Shown here piece by piece: positions 13,601-26,400 of a DNA stretch of 60,000 nt; the stretch's first letter is position 1, and the number at the start of each line of letters is the position of its first letter. The DNA is taken from positions 45,882,001 through 45,942,000 of the forward strand of contig OZ076409.1 of assembly GCA_964187785.1 (NCBI GenBank). Reading direction: 5' to 3'. The notes under the pieces are model-generated. The model saw only the letters and a program-made list of their open reading frames with translations, had not been told where the DNA came from and made no database searches. The translations under genes were made by a program, and so were the position numbers. The stretch is from Amphiscolops sp. MND2022 (Eukaryota).

Positions 13601-14521
13601 AGAGCCAGTTGAACTCAAGCTAAGAGAAGACATAACAATTTAACCAATACAAGTCAATTTACAATCCGCTGAGGGAGCAGATGAGGATCAACCAATTTTT
13701 TTCTCGCAGAAGAAACAATGCAAACAAGAGAGGATATTCTGTCACAAAAAGAGAACAAACCACACAAAATGCGCGTGACGAAGAGCCGTCGAAGATCAAA
13801 AAGACAATAAAAGAAACAGCGCCATTACTCAATAACAAAGTCACAACTACGTTCGGAGCCATAAAAGAAAACGCCCTCATCAGAGTCTAACAAGATGCTT
13901 CAAACAGAGTCCAGACTTCCATTATTACACGCAGACAGACTAATTGTCGAAGACGGACTACTTATGCGCAAATACTACAAAAAATGGGGACAAATCACAC
14001 ATCACCAAATACCAGTCCTCGAAAATATATGAAAGAAATACTACGAGTATTACACGGGAAACTGGGAAAACACCCGACATAACTAAAATATTCCAAGATT
14101 GCTTCTCATAATAGTTTTGTTCTGTATTACCGAAAACAAACACGGGCTGCAGCGATTGCATCAAATACAAACGGATAGGCAACCGGCAAACACAACCGAA
14201 AATGCTCAGCAACACTGAACACGCCTTGGGATCGAAAGACATCCTTAAAAATCACATATTATTGAACTTACCAAATTCTACAGGCTACCAAGTTTTTGTC
14301 ACCACGGTAGACGTTTTTTCATGCTACCCATTTGCGTATCCTACCCAAAATATGAGCGCAAAGACAATCGATTGATGCATCATCGATGTCACGACGAGAC
14401 CTGAATAGACACTCATCCTGTTAGATAAAGTCTCGCAAATCCGATCAGTAATTGGGGCAGAGATTGCGGAAGTCATGGACATACAACTGAGTAATGCGTC
14501 CATCAAACACGCAGAACGAAT

Positions 14522-15368
14522 CTAGGCATCAGCAGGCAAAGAAAGTAAATTTGGAACAAGCTTGTTTGGACAAAAACTATGAAATCTTAAAAACTCAGAT
14601 GAAGTTTTCAAGAAAAGTCGATTGTCAGTACTTGTACAAAACTGCCTCCTCAAACGGGTTTTCTCAAAATCTGTTAACCAGAGAGTCATTAAACTTGTCA
14701 CATATATGCAAGTACCCAACACAAACGCTCCGGCAAAGTTTCAACTTCATTCAACTATCATAACCCCTTTTCCGCCACTTATGTGTGGTATTCAAGGTCA
14801 CTTGAGTCAAAATGTAAACGTTATTATTCACTCATAAGACCTCGTTAGAATGTAACTCCGTTGCAATTGATAACAGTTACATTGTGTAAACTTGCTTTTG
14901 AGACAACCTCATAGTGATACCAAAATCACTATGTCGTTTGTTTACATAGTCAATAACGTTAATTTTTATCTTTAAATGTCATATTTTTTACCACACATTT
15001 CGATTTTTATTTACTGTAGAATTGTAAATCAGATATACACCACAACCAGGAAGAGGTTTTAACGACTGAATAGCTGTAGTCAAGCTGCGGTTTAGGACCA
15101 CATATATTCTCAATTTTATTCTTCAACTCTTTTCGACTGTTCGCCAGAGTCTTCGGCGACTTAGTTAGTTACTTTCAACTTGTAGAGAGTTGGACGTGTT
15201 TAGAAACAAGGAAGAAGTGCAATTCGGGATCACTGGATTCCACTACGTCAGGATACAGTCATTTTATTCTACGAAACAAGCAGTGTTCGATAACGATATG
15301 CAGTACTGAGCACCGAATTCAGGGCGACGTAAAGTTTGGTCAAGTGAAGGGATCAAGCAGCTGTTTCA
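14522..15368 (+). repeat. Solo BEL/Pao LTR inserted in Gypsy B integrase
   Basis: Ends GGATCAAGCAGCTGTTTCA like the other LTRs and has no PBS. The flanks rejoin as integrase KHA...IGLLERTHA. Confidence 0.85.
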
Positions 15369-16385
15369 ATCGGACTACTGGAAAGAACACACGCTAGAAT
15401 CAGAACATCGCTCAAAAACTCCATAGGTTAACGACGATTGGTGTGGCGCAAGTATAATCAAATAGCGGTAATGAACTACAACACGACCTACCATGAAATG
15501 TTAGGTTGCGAACTTTCAACCGTCTTTCACGGACGAATACCTTATAATGTACCCGACCTAAAATTAGGTATCAAGCCAAAGTAGAAAACTACGCCAAATT
15601 GAACAACTACAAAAACGAATTGACGAAGTGCGCGCGTCAGCAAAGGACAACATAATGCTGTCTTACCTTAAAGACAAGAAATAGAACCGAAAAGCGTCTG
15701 CAGCGCTACTTGAAATTTAACGTTTATTATTACATTCTTGTCCCAAAAGCCAGGAACCAATCGACAAAGTTTGCGTTCCAAGACTGCATTTGGACAGGAC
15801 CTTACATTGTGATAAAAATGCCGTCAAACAAAAATTACACAGTCAAAAAAATGGGACCAGATAGACGCCAACGTTACATCGAATAAAATTCGTCCCTATG
15901 CTCCAGATCAGCTTTGGCAGCAAAACCCAGTTTCACTGAGGTTATTGACAACGTCGAACCGTCGTCGCCGGACTTTTCCAATCTTATTCCCTATTTGGGG
16001 GATAATTCTTATTTACGACGTCCTTCACTCGTTGAAAGTCCAAGTAAACCCTCAAAGTCACCGCCTGTCAGATATCACCGTTGTCAGATATAATCTGAGA
16101 AAAGTAGCAATATATACCCTTCGACTTTATTCTAAACCTAATGCTAGTCCTAATTATCACGTCGACATTATAAAAAAAGGATTAATCAATAGTCCACACC
16201 AAACCGTTCTGTCTTTTGTACGGCTCCTCTACTGCGACTTTTTTTTATCTTGGAGCCTCGTTCAATTTTGCAAGACCTAAAAGTAGTACACTGCACGAAT
16301 ACTGCAAAAAGTAATGACAGCAAAAAATTTACAAGACAACAAACAAAAAATTAATCAAATGGCCACAACAACTATCCAATTACAA

Positions 16386-17430
16386 CTATTCCTTTGAAAC
16401 GGAAGCAGGACTTTCCACAGACCTCTTCGAGGTTCTCTTTGACGTGTTCTCCACTTCTAAACGCGCCAGAAGATTCGATTGCATTTCCACCCCATTTCGT
16501 CGCACTGAACTAGATTCCTATTACAAGTTAGTGGACGACTCGGCATCGCCCGCGAGTTACAACAATCGATCACGTCTATTGGCATTGTGATTCCGGTTGT
16601 AAAACTCCCTATTCTTACAACCCAAGTGCAAGTGCACTCAAATAAGTCACAATACTGACCCACCAAAGCAACAACCGACCACTGCGTACATACTCCTACA
16701 GATCGAGACACGAAGATGACTTAAACCCGCCAGCGTCTTCAGTGCCATCATAAACACCCTCCATGTTTCGTGAAAAACGAAAATTGCCTGTAAACGGGAG
16801 CAGAAACACAACTCCTCCATGCACTCCTCCGACACAGGATGTTATCACAAATGATGGAGCGCAACAATCATTCAGACCTGTATTGACATCAGGATATTCC
16901 ATAGCGGGTTTTTGCTCCACCATCCAGCACAGCTTGAACACACGACACAGATTCATCCGCCACACAAAACCACAATCACCAAGCAGATAGCAAACAATTT
17001 CACTGATACCCTCCGAGCTGCGGCCACTTCTTCAATCACGAGCAGGAACGTCAACAAACATAGTGACAAATTCCTCGACGGCAGCTTCTGACTCGACAGA
17101 AGACAAAGATCCACTTTTCCCCAACAACCTCACAAGTTCACTGAACGAATCAAAAACATGCTCGTCATCGCCTTCTACCAGCAGCTCCGGAGAAAAGCAG
17201 TAGATAGCCCGCACGACCTCAGCAGAAATCGTGTGATGTGACAGAATCACGTCAATCAGATGTTCGAGAAACCCCCGACAACGATTGCGGGACTCTCGGA
17301 TTTCACAAGTTTCGGCTTCGTGAGAGTATTCATTAGACAAATTGATAGACCTCAAATTAATAATGAAAACCATAGTCAGTCCGTTTCGCTGCTTCTTGGA
17401 AGAACACCCATCGAAACAAATAAGCCTCAA
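16386..17430 (-). pseudogene. Antisense accessory ORF-A homolog (copy 1), unknown function
   Basis: ORFs 17032-17430 and 16696-16965 are one frame split by a stop. LLGKSGSLSSVESEAAVEEF, VITSCVGGV and DL*EYV align with LLAEMGRISLVEQGQMELGF, DVMSCICAV and TLWDDV of 41465-42250. Confidence 0.6.
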
Positions 17431-17477
17431 AACTGCTTGTACCCTACATTAACTACAAACTAATGAAGAGTACTCAC

Positions 17478-18180
17478 GCATATCCAGTATTTGCAACAGG
17501 GGATCAAGACGCAGTTAATTCGTATTCTCGGTGTAAATGAGCTAGTCTGTACCAGGCATCTGCAAAAATTAATCCAAACACTGAAAATTAAGGAAGTAGT
17601 TTGTTACCCTACGAATAACAAACACATTACACTCAAAAGAAGACCCAAACGGAAACTGGACACTCCTCACTAACCAAGAGAAACACAACAAAAGAGATTG
17701 CCCTAACAGATTCACTTCGTTCAGATAACAAATACAAAAAGTCGACGACAACCCTACGCAACTCTGGGAAGACCACTCGTGCAGCAATGACGCAACGACA
17801 GCGATAGGCAAAGGTTTTCACCCAGGGCTCCTGAAGAGAAATTCGCAGGCGTAACATCAAGTAGTCCACCATCGTTGTCACTTCCAGAAGATCAGAGACA
17901 TTTTGTTGTGTTTGTCGGGAGCACTGCAGAAACACGTCCACAGTATTTACCAGACGCACCACAAACGAATGTCTCTAAGCACCTGCAAGAGCGAAGGATT
18001 ATCACCCGGGATTGCAAAGAGGCAACTGACAAGAAACAACACTGTCTTTGACCCAGGAGAGCGACAACAATTCGACTTGCGGCACACGCTGTCCAGATTA
18101 CTCAACGCGCGCACAGATCTCCTGCAAATCGTGCTCGTCCCAGGCATGACATGGAACGAAGAAGGACCCATTGGAGACCC
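17478..18180 (-). pseudogene. Antisense accessory ORF-B homolog (copy 1) plus a small exon at 17559-17478
   Basis: GPSSFHVMPG, LFLVSCLFAIPGDNP and YLMLRLRISLQEPWV match GFSNFHLAVG, TWLINMWCCMHGEPVP and HLQKRLKRFVRDPFV of 42706-43224. The small exon is bounded by TTTTGCAG and GTGAGT. Confidence 0.5.
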
Positions 18181-18385
18181 ATTAGAAATTTTCGGAAAAA
18201 AAAAAGAAAAGAAAAGCCAAAAGAGGCAAAAGAGGGTTTGAATGGGTTCAAAAACAAATACTTAGTACTTTTATGAAAGTGCACTGTAAATAAGAAGTTG
18301 TACAAAAAGAACGAGGTCTGTGACCAAAGAAATTAAGCCACTGCAATAGTCGGCCACTTTTCACAAGAAAAGCGCTGACTAAACA
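18180..18385 (-). mobile_element. HINE-like 5' fragment
   Basis: AGTCGGCC...GCGCTGACT stem-loop and context like 2215-2277. Confidence 0.5.
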
Positions 18386-20228
18386 AACTAAATGCAACTT
18401 TTTTTAAGTTCATTTCGCTTTCAAAAAACACCACATCATTACTCAGATTCGAAGCCCAAATTTTCTAACCTCTGATGAATCATAGAAATTTACTCTGTTT
18501 CAGGTAATAAGAACCCAGTTACGTCACTTTCTACATATACTATCCGAAAACACTGATCGTATAATGAAATTTCAAAACGTGGACAGAATTGGCGACGAGC
18601 ATGGTTCGAGTCCGCAGGTCCAATCACAAGACAATCAAGGCCTGTTTTGAAGTGCCCGTTTTGTCTTTCAAATTTTGACCGCTTCATTGATGATAACATG
18701 GTAAACCAAAAATGAACATTGGAAATCTGCATGTGTAGAATAATATTGAGACACTTCCATGTCAAAGCCTTGTATTGAATTGGCCGAAGCGAGTGGCATA
18801 CCAGTCTATATATTGAGTTTCTTTGGGAAAGCGATAGAATTAATTGCCCAATTTACACTCATCTGCGATTATGCATGGGCATTTAAAGCCATCGCTATTG
18901 CAAGGAAACTCAATGCGTAGCTTGAGCTGCTTCGGAAATTAATAGGCACAAGTTTGGAATGCAAAATCAAAGGGCATTTTTGGCCATACATTCATACATG
19001 TCCATCGATTTTCGAATCGCACAACGAGTAAAATCTGCATTTTCGTTGCCGGTTACCCCGCTAGAAACTCCCGAACGTAATTTTCAGAAGATCGGAAGAT
19101 TATAAACTTTTCATGAAACTTTACACAAACGATAATTTTAAACGGATTCCCCATCTTCTTACTTTAGTCGTGAAGTTTCATCTTTGTTATCCTTGTTTTA
19201 AACTGGGTTCCGTTTCACATTTGTATACGATTGCAGTATTAGGGGCGTAAAATGAATTCATCATTACATACTAATCTGACGCATAGAACTTGTTGCCGCA
19301 GTTTGTGAAAGCTAAATTTATGCTGAAATGCGGCAGCAACAGGTGAATTCCAATTTTACATCGTTATGCCTATCGAGGTGTGATGTATATACGCCATTAT
19401 GCGTTTTTGTATAAACTGACTATGCGGTCCTTTACGTTCTGATGCTCGACGATTATATGTCATCATGCTTTTTCGTATGATATGACATTGCGGTACTATA
19501 AATTTTGATGTTCTTACATTTTTACCTCCTTGAACGCTTTTGAAATTAACAACTATGCTTTAGCGTCTAACGAACAAGCGTCACTACGCGAATCTCGTAG
19601 TGACGTTTGTACGACAGTTTACGTTCTTCAGGGTTTTTCCAATCCAAGTATTTTGCAGTTTAGTTGTCATGTAGAGCAAATTTATATACTATAAATAGGA
19701 ATACTACATTTTCACGAACAAACAAGCCTGTCATGTTCATCATTGTTTCAGTTTTGTAGTTGGTGTAGCTGATATCGTTGATCAGTTGTTGAAAAACAAT
19801 GCTTGTTGAAGACAGTTGCCTTCTCTTAAAGCGCCTCGAACGCCTTGTAATTATTAACTTCGATAAAAGTTTCACTTCTATTGTTTGACTGGAAGTGACC
19901 TCACAACAAATTCGAAGACTTCCGTGCCCTAAACCTACTTTCGCTTGAACAGAAAAAATAATAGGATGAAAAGAAAAACCAGTATTCCAAATCGAATTAC
20001 CCTTAAACCCTGAGAACGAGAATGATCACCCAGTCCTTAAATGAATTATCTTTTTCAGCAATTCTTGAACTGGAAACAACATTCCAAAGTAATTTGTGAT
20101 AGATTTACCAGTTTTAAATGTCTAGTTTTAAAAGACTACCTAAGTCATTTGGTTTAGGCCGCTTGCTTGTTTAAGCATCTTTTTTGTTCACCTTTGCTTG
20201 CCACTTAGCCAAAGGCAGGGACCCAACT

Positions 20229-20493
20229 CATTACGATACATATCCCGCAAACTTGGTAAGTGATCACTTGGTGTAAAAAGTATTTTGGGTGAATTAGTAA
20301 TTCAGTGAAATTTTGTCAAGGACCGTAGTAATCCATTAGTGTAGTGGTGCAGGAAAGTGTAATATGAATTGTTAAAGTGGAATTTCGCTAATTGCGTAAT
20401 GTGTAGTAGTTCACAACATTAACTCACTGTGATTGGTTATTGATGCTAGTCACAAGATCTGGGAACTTGCTTGCAGGGATATGTATCGCAATG
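20229..20493. repeat. About 265-bp unit with terminal inverted repeats (MITE or short LTR)
   Basis: CATTACGATACATATCCCGCAA versus the reverse complement of the right end, CATTGCGATACATATCCCTGCAA. No TSD seen. Confidence 0.55.
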
Positions 20494-20549
20494 CTTCCGA
20501 AATTCTCATCTTGTTAACGTAGGGCGAAGTCCTGATATAGTTTTTGATT

Positions 20550-22000
20550 TTCTTTCGTTGTTGTAAACTTATAGTTGTGAGTCCCGCATTGAGTATTCTG
20601 ACTTCTATCAGTTGGCCGGTTGATAAAAGATACCCTACAGATTCGAAATACCGAGCTCTGTGATGAAACGAAAATCATGAGTTGCAAAAATGATTTTTGG
20701 AAAAACAAACAACAGTGCGTTCTTTAATACAGTCTTTTGCTCCTTGGTTCAATTTTGATGGTAGTGTTGAGTTGGGTCAGTTATTCATCAAGAACGTGTC
20801 TTTCAAACCATTTCTACAGATAGTTATGTTTCAAGGTTGATTTAGACTGGATTGTAATGAGCATAATTGCTTTTTTAGTTTGGTGGCGGGGTTTGCAAGA
20901 AAGTTATGTACTTTTTCGAGAAATCGTGTTTTGGATTGGGGTTTCTTTGCCTTCGGTAGTTTCTATTGATTTATTGCCAAAGTATGAGTCCGGAATGATT
21001 TAAGCGGGCTGTTTACTCTCCGGCAGGTTGTTAGGTTCCGCTACACTTTTGGGGGATAATATTGTAGGTGCCGCTATTGGTTGTTGGAAGTTGGTAAATT
21101 ATCAGATCAGAGGGTCGTCTGCCTTGCCAGCGCGTACAAATTGTCGTTAAGAATTACTACTTCGTTGTCTGGCTGGAAATTCTTCTGTTGATTCTGTGTT
21201 ATCAGGCAAGCGGTTCCCGCTGGGGCACGGCTCCAGGCGAATGCTCTGAAGTTTTTTGGATGAAACGAGTCTGCAATGCACGAATTCCCTATTGTTCGGG
21301 AGAGTGTTAGCCACGACATTTGGTCTATTCGACAACAACTCCTTAAATCACAATTCCGACCCTTGGTTGTTGGCTTTGGGATGTAGATCATTGCAAAACT
21401 CGTTTACTTCCAAAGGATGAGCAGAAGTATGCTTGTGGTAATACTGTTTGTATTTTATGTAGAGCTGTAGAATGCTCATACTCACCGTCTAACGGGTTTG
21501 TCGAGTTTTCTGCAGTGAATACTCCCATGATGCTCAAACTGGGCTTGACCTGCGGGACTGTCGGACATCAAACTTTAGGTCCAAGACAGTATAGTATATT
21601 CGACCATTAAATACTCTACTTTGTTCCAATCACAACGCAGTGTGGTATTTAGTATTGTAGCTCAGAGTTGCAATAGGCAACATTTGGTCCCAGATGGTTA
21701 GCACTTCTCCAGTTGATATTTTCAATGTTTCTTTCAAAGATCCTTGGCAGCGGTCAAGTATCCTGATAGTTTGGGAGCGCTTCACCATGGGGCGCTGAAA
21801 GTTCAACACTCGTGCTGTATTGGCCATGTCTTCAGACTTTATTTGATTGCCTTTGTCGGTGATGATAGTGGTTGATAAATAAGCTTGTCTTGTCGTAATA
21901 TCTAGCAACACTCTGGTCACTGTCTCTGTATCTATTCAAGCTACATTGTTTGTGAATGAGTATCGTTAAAACACATCCATGGCGGTGACTATTCGGTTAC
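20550..22000 (-). pseudogene. Gypsy C: integrase core and C-terminus
   Basis: IVTAMDVF; TTRQAYLSTTIITDKGNQ...SQTIRILDR...SYNTKYH (ORF 21630-21920). Confidence 0.85.
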
Positions 22001-22566
22001 CATCGCCTTGTTCAACGCTGAGAACATTTCGGGTCTGTACTTGAGTTTAATTGCATTTTCGACTTCCTCGATGGGCTGTTCTGACTTTTTAAAGGTTTCT
22101 GTTCGTCGTAACAGTAACTCTACTATGTGTTTGTTGTAATCATTGCGAGCTAGGTTCTCATCAATTTTTTTCCAGCTCTACTGAGACCGACAGCTGTATC
22201 CTAGTAACTCACAACGTGGACATTGTCCGCTGAGATCTATAGAAAGTTTTCAATTTTGTCGAAAATAATCTTCCTGGTTTCAACCATTTCTTCTCGTGGC
22301 AATGGAAATCAGTTCCTTGAGTCACAACAGCTCATTCACCCAGAGACACAATAGCCCAATCTCCCACAAACACCATACCTCAATCTCCCTGCGGCACAAA
22401 AACACAATCTACCAGAGCCACAAAAGCTCAATATTCCAGAGACACAGCAGCACTGACTCCGAGAGTCAGACAACTGTTCTTCTTCGGAAAGATCCTCCAC
22501 TCCAGTTGTGTCCACCAACAAGTGAGTTGTCCTCTCCGTATTCCTCCGGGTCTTGGACGGACCAAA
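22001..22566 (-). mobile_element. Second, truncated BEL unit: PBS, 5' UTR and gag start downstream of a 3' LTR
   Basis: PBS at 22564-22545, GGGCTATTGTGTCTCTGGG UTR repeats, and MVETRKIIFDKIENFL...KLKYRPE, paralogous to 32648-32256 plus 28949-28880. Confidence 0.8.
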
Positions 22567-23443
22567 TGTAACGGCTGCTTCCCCGTATCTTGTGCTGAAG
22601 CGTGACAAATTTTACATCCCCCTGATCCGTTGTTTAGTTCTCTTTACCGTTACTGAACAAGCCTGGTTTTCGTGTTTGTAAAGGTCTGTATCTTTTAGTT
22701 GGTGGGTCCGATGCGATCCGCCGTGAGATCTCCTGCGGTCGCGCTTTTTACTAGAGTGGACTCTCTGAGATCCCTCACAAACGTCCAGCTCTGTCCAGAG
22801 TACCTTCACGCAATATAACTCTCCACCAATTTCCATTATGAGAGTAACTACTTGTTCGCTCTGTCTTCTAGTGAAAGATTGTAAAGATATGGGAAGTTAG
22901 GAATCTGTTGTCGTGAGGCTCAAATTGACCACTGCCATGCAGTCGTTAAATCTCTAACTAGTTATGGTAATTAATCGGTTTACCATTCTTCAGTAACTAT
23001 ACATCGAATTATGTAGTTCGGATATAAGGCATTCAACGGTAAAAAAGAAAGTGAAAGGTTGTGTAAACAAACCATTGTTGACTATTTCATGTTTCTCATG
23101 TGGTCCAAACAGAATTTTTACACAATGTGAATATCATCAATTTCAACAGTTACATTTTGAAAAGTCATTCGGCTAAACAACAAAGTTTACAAAGTAACTC
23201 AATGACCTTGAACACCACACATGTGAAGGGTACAGGGGAAATTATTGGGTGAGATGGCCTTCAGACATGGCTGGGGTGTTTGTGTTTGCTACATTCATAG
23301 GTAGGCCAAGTTTCAAGTCTCTGCGATGAAGAGTTGTCGAGAAAACCAAAAAGGGGGATTCGATTTATTCCCATTTGTTTTCTTAAAAATTCTATTGACG
23401 TTGCGAAGAGTTTGAATCTTATTTTCCAACTAGCAATATTCGA
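22567..23443 (-). repeat. BEL/Pao LTR (5' end and PPT deleted)
   Basis: Aligns with 32649-33558, ends AAGCAGCCGTTACA, and is directly preceded by the pol end RRPVRKLAP. Confidence 0.85.
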
Positions 23444-26400
23444 AGGGCGCCAGTTTCCTTACTGGTCTTCTGAATTTTCCATCTTCCGTTTTCACGAGCG
23501 CTGACCTCACTCGCCCATTGCATCCATGATAGACTTTCAACGTTTTCATTCATCTTGCAGTGTGCTCTTTCCATTTTCACATCATTCATCTAAACTAAAG
23601 GCTTAATTTCCACTTGTCTAACATCTCTGTTCCATTTAGATCTCTCATTCCACTGATGTAAATGTTCTCTATCCTGTCGGTTTCAGATCTATAACTCTAA
23701 ATACTCGTCTCAGATCTGTATATCGCTGAGCGTCAAGAATGAATGAGTTGCCACAAAAAGTGATTGAGAGGAAATGTTTTTATATCTTCAGGATCATCAA
23801 CACATCAATTGTCAGTGTTCTGTTTCCCACTATTGCCAACAAAGCACTCGTGCAGCTTCTAACCATTCGCTCCCAAACGCCTCCGAAAAGCAGCTCACCT
23901 GGGGTTGAACTTCCATTTCATCAGCTATTCATCCAAGGACTGCTCAATGTCCGATTGGCTCCAAGCTGCTATTCACTCTCGAGTTTTTCTGGCTGCGCCC
24001 ACAATGTGCGTTCCCTTATCACCTAAAATCATATTTGAATTTCTTCTTCGTGCGTTGAATCTCGTATACGCAGTGTCTGCTTCCAGACTGGTCTTGACTT
24101 CATCATGCACAGCTCTTGTTTACGAACATGTGAGAAGATAATACTAGCGTTTCATTTATTTCCTCAAAAATCTCACTTCGAATAGTCCAAATTAGAGTAC
24201 TCATGTATTAGCGAAAAGCTCTTTCTTCCAATCTAATTTTAGGCAGGTATCCATGGAACTTCGACCTCCCCGACATTGTTCGTTTCCGCTCTCAATACAC
24301 TTCAACTCCACAGTTCTAAGAGCATTTTGAGTCCATTTGTCCATTGCTGCAAAATACTGCGAACTTACACTGTTCATCCGTGATTGAGAATTTCCTGCGC
24401 ATCCTCAATTGACTTTTTCACTAATGATTGCTTCGCAGAAAGCAAGATGGGATGAGTATTCGCACGAACATGACGAAGTTGTCATCTTAAAGGCAAGAGG
24501 TGTTGATCGTCTATAAATGACGATAGTTTGATGATGTATTTCGATGCCGCCATAGGTTCACGTGCGACCAATGCTTGAAAAGTTGCACAAAGGGTATCTA
24601 TCTGGCTCTTCAGCAGTAGCAATCAGATCAATTTCTGCAATTCGTCTGTCATTGACACTCTCCTTTGACTTTTGATCGAAACCGAAGGCAGTAAGCGAAT
24701 ATTCGCGACGATCTTATGAAAGAACTGAAGTTCACCCATTCTACGTCCATTTTTTCCGCCACGATTTCAGAGACTTTTTCTGTGTTTTCTGTTTTCTGTT
24801 GAAACAACTGTGGTGAGGTTTGTGACCAAGCATCTTCTTCCTTTCGAATGCCGGCCCGGTGACTCACACATTCCTCTCCAGTTCATAACCAGTTTTTCCC
24901 CCTGTTCAAAAATCGGCCAGATTTAAGGTTCTTTCGACATGTCTCCACTGATCAAGGGTTGAGCTATCCAGGATTTCAGCGACTCTGTTTGCCACAAGCA
25001 CCGATTGTTTTTTGTCAGCTCCATGAAACCATTTCATAACAGTTGTTGACGCTGTCCAAAAAGCATTTGTTGACTTTCAATGTCGCGTTCGTCCACGTAA
25101 AAATGTTTCAATTGAGTTCCATACATAACTGCTTGTTGCTTTATTCGTGGTATTGACTGTTGCTTCATTGGCGGTGCTCTGTATTTTCTCACTACATAGG
25201 CGATCTCGGAAACAAGCTACTATGCACATGGAGTCGAAGAGAGCATCGGTAAAAATGTGCAAGTCCACCACTTGGGCATTATCCGATAGATACTTTCTTT
25301 TGATATGAGTCAACTTCGATGCCTAATCCTTGAAAGTTAACTTTCGTCCATCGATTACCCATGCGTTTTCCAAATTACGTTGAGCAACCGTCTCATACTC
25401 ACTGTGAAAGAGGAAGCCAACCTCAACGGGTCAAACACAGAGGATACTTGCTATTGAGTGAACTTGGCATCTAGTTTTTTACCCACACGTGGTCAGATCT
25501 CAAGACTATTTGACTTCGCTTTCCATCGAATGCTTGGAAATAAAGGTGCCAAGTGTTCAGCTTCGAATGTCTTGCTTGGTGTTGATCTATCTTTCTTAGG
25601 TATTTATTCCAGTACTTTCTTGGAGTTGCAAATTATTTCGTAATTTAAAAACCACCAATCGCTAAAACTTTTCGCAAGCTTTTGTACTTCCATTGCTTCT
25701 TCATCTGAAGCTACTGACTTCACAAAATGCTCCATTTAGAAATTGCTTTTGACCAACTTTGCGACCATTCCTTTGTCATTTCGGCAGTCCAGTCCGACTT
25801 GTTGCAAAGCAAAGTTGACACCTGTTGGCGAACTCTAAGCTCCAAAAATGTGCCTTTCATCTCCATACATAAATACAGGTTTAGTGTTGCTTTCGTTTAA
25901 CAGAAATCGTAGTAATTGGCAGTATGACGGTAGGACCTTCACATGCAGAAACTTCTCTTTAGCGTCTCTTGTCAGTGCAATTTGGTTCTCCCTGGTTCTG
26001 AAGATACTTCTGATGAGCGTTTGACAAATGTCTAAGCCAGCCATCAAAGTATCGTGGAAAGAAACGCCGAACTTTGAAGCAGCGTTACATACTCGTCTCA
26101 CATTGTCCATCTTGTTCGAGATCGGCACAGGAAGATGCGGAGTGTACAACTGAAAGTCTGATTTTGTGTTTTCAAGCTCTTTCTCATCCAGAATTCTTAC
26201 AATACCCTTTTTTTCACATCACTTGCCTTTTCGTTTTTCCAATGTAGACCGACCTCATATCTATCGCAGGTGAACTTTGTGGTTGCCTTGAGCATTTCAA
26301 GGTCTCTCTCATCTTTCTTGGATCTTCCGGATACGCTGAGCATCCATCCTAAGTTAGTTCGAAATCCCAAGTCTTGGAGTTCTAGAATTTCTTATATTCT

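Larger units (their letters stand above)
10350..16170 (+). mobile_element. Gypsy B: decayed gag-pol (zinc knuckles, PR, RT, RNase H, INT)
   Basis: CFYCI*VGHFSAEC and CNTCGKPHKTED knuckles (~10390-10550); LIDSGAFINAI (~11260); RT LVDLRKV...CKLDCSQAY...QCVDD (12326-12823); RNase H (~13200-13590); INT (13950-15900); RYNLRK at ~16090. Confidence 0.9.

Noticed and set aside
14510..14526. TSD for the solo LTR
   Set aside because: The left LTR end is eroded; only ATC is shared with the right flank ATCGG, which is not enough to call.
18578..18625. Pol III B-box-like GGTTCGAGTCC with an upstream A-box-like word (tRNA/SINE?)
   Set aside because: The boxes are too close together, with no anticodon arm or acceptor stem.
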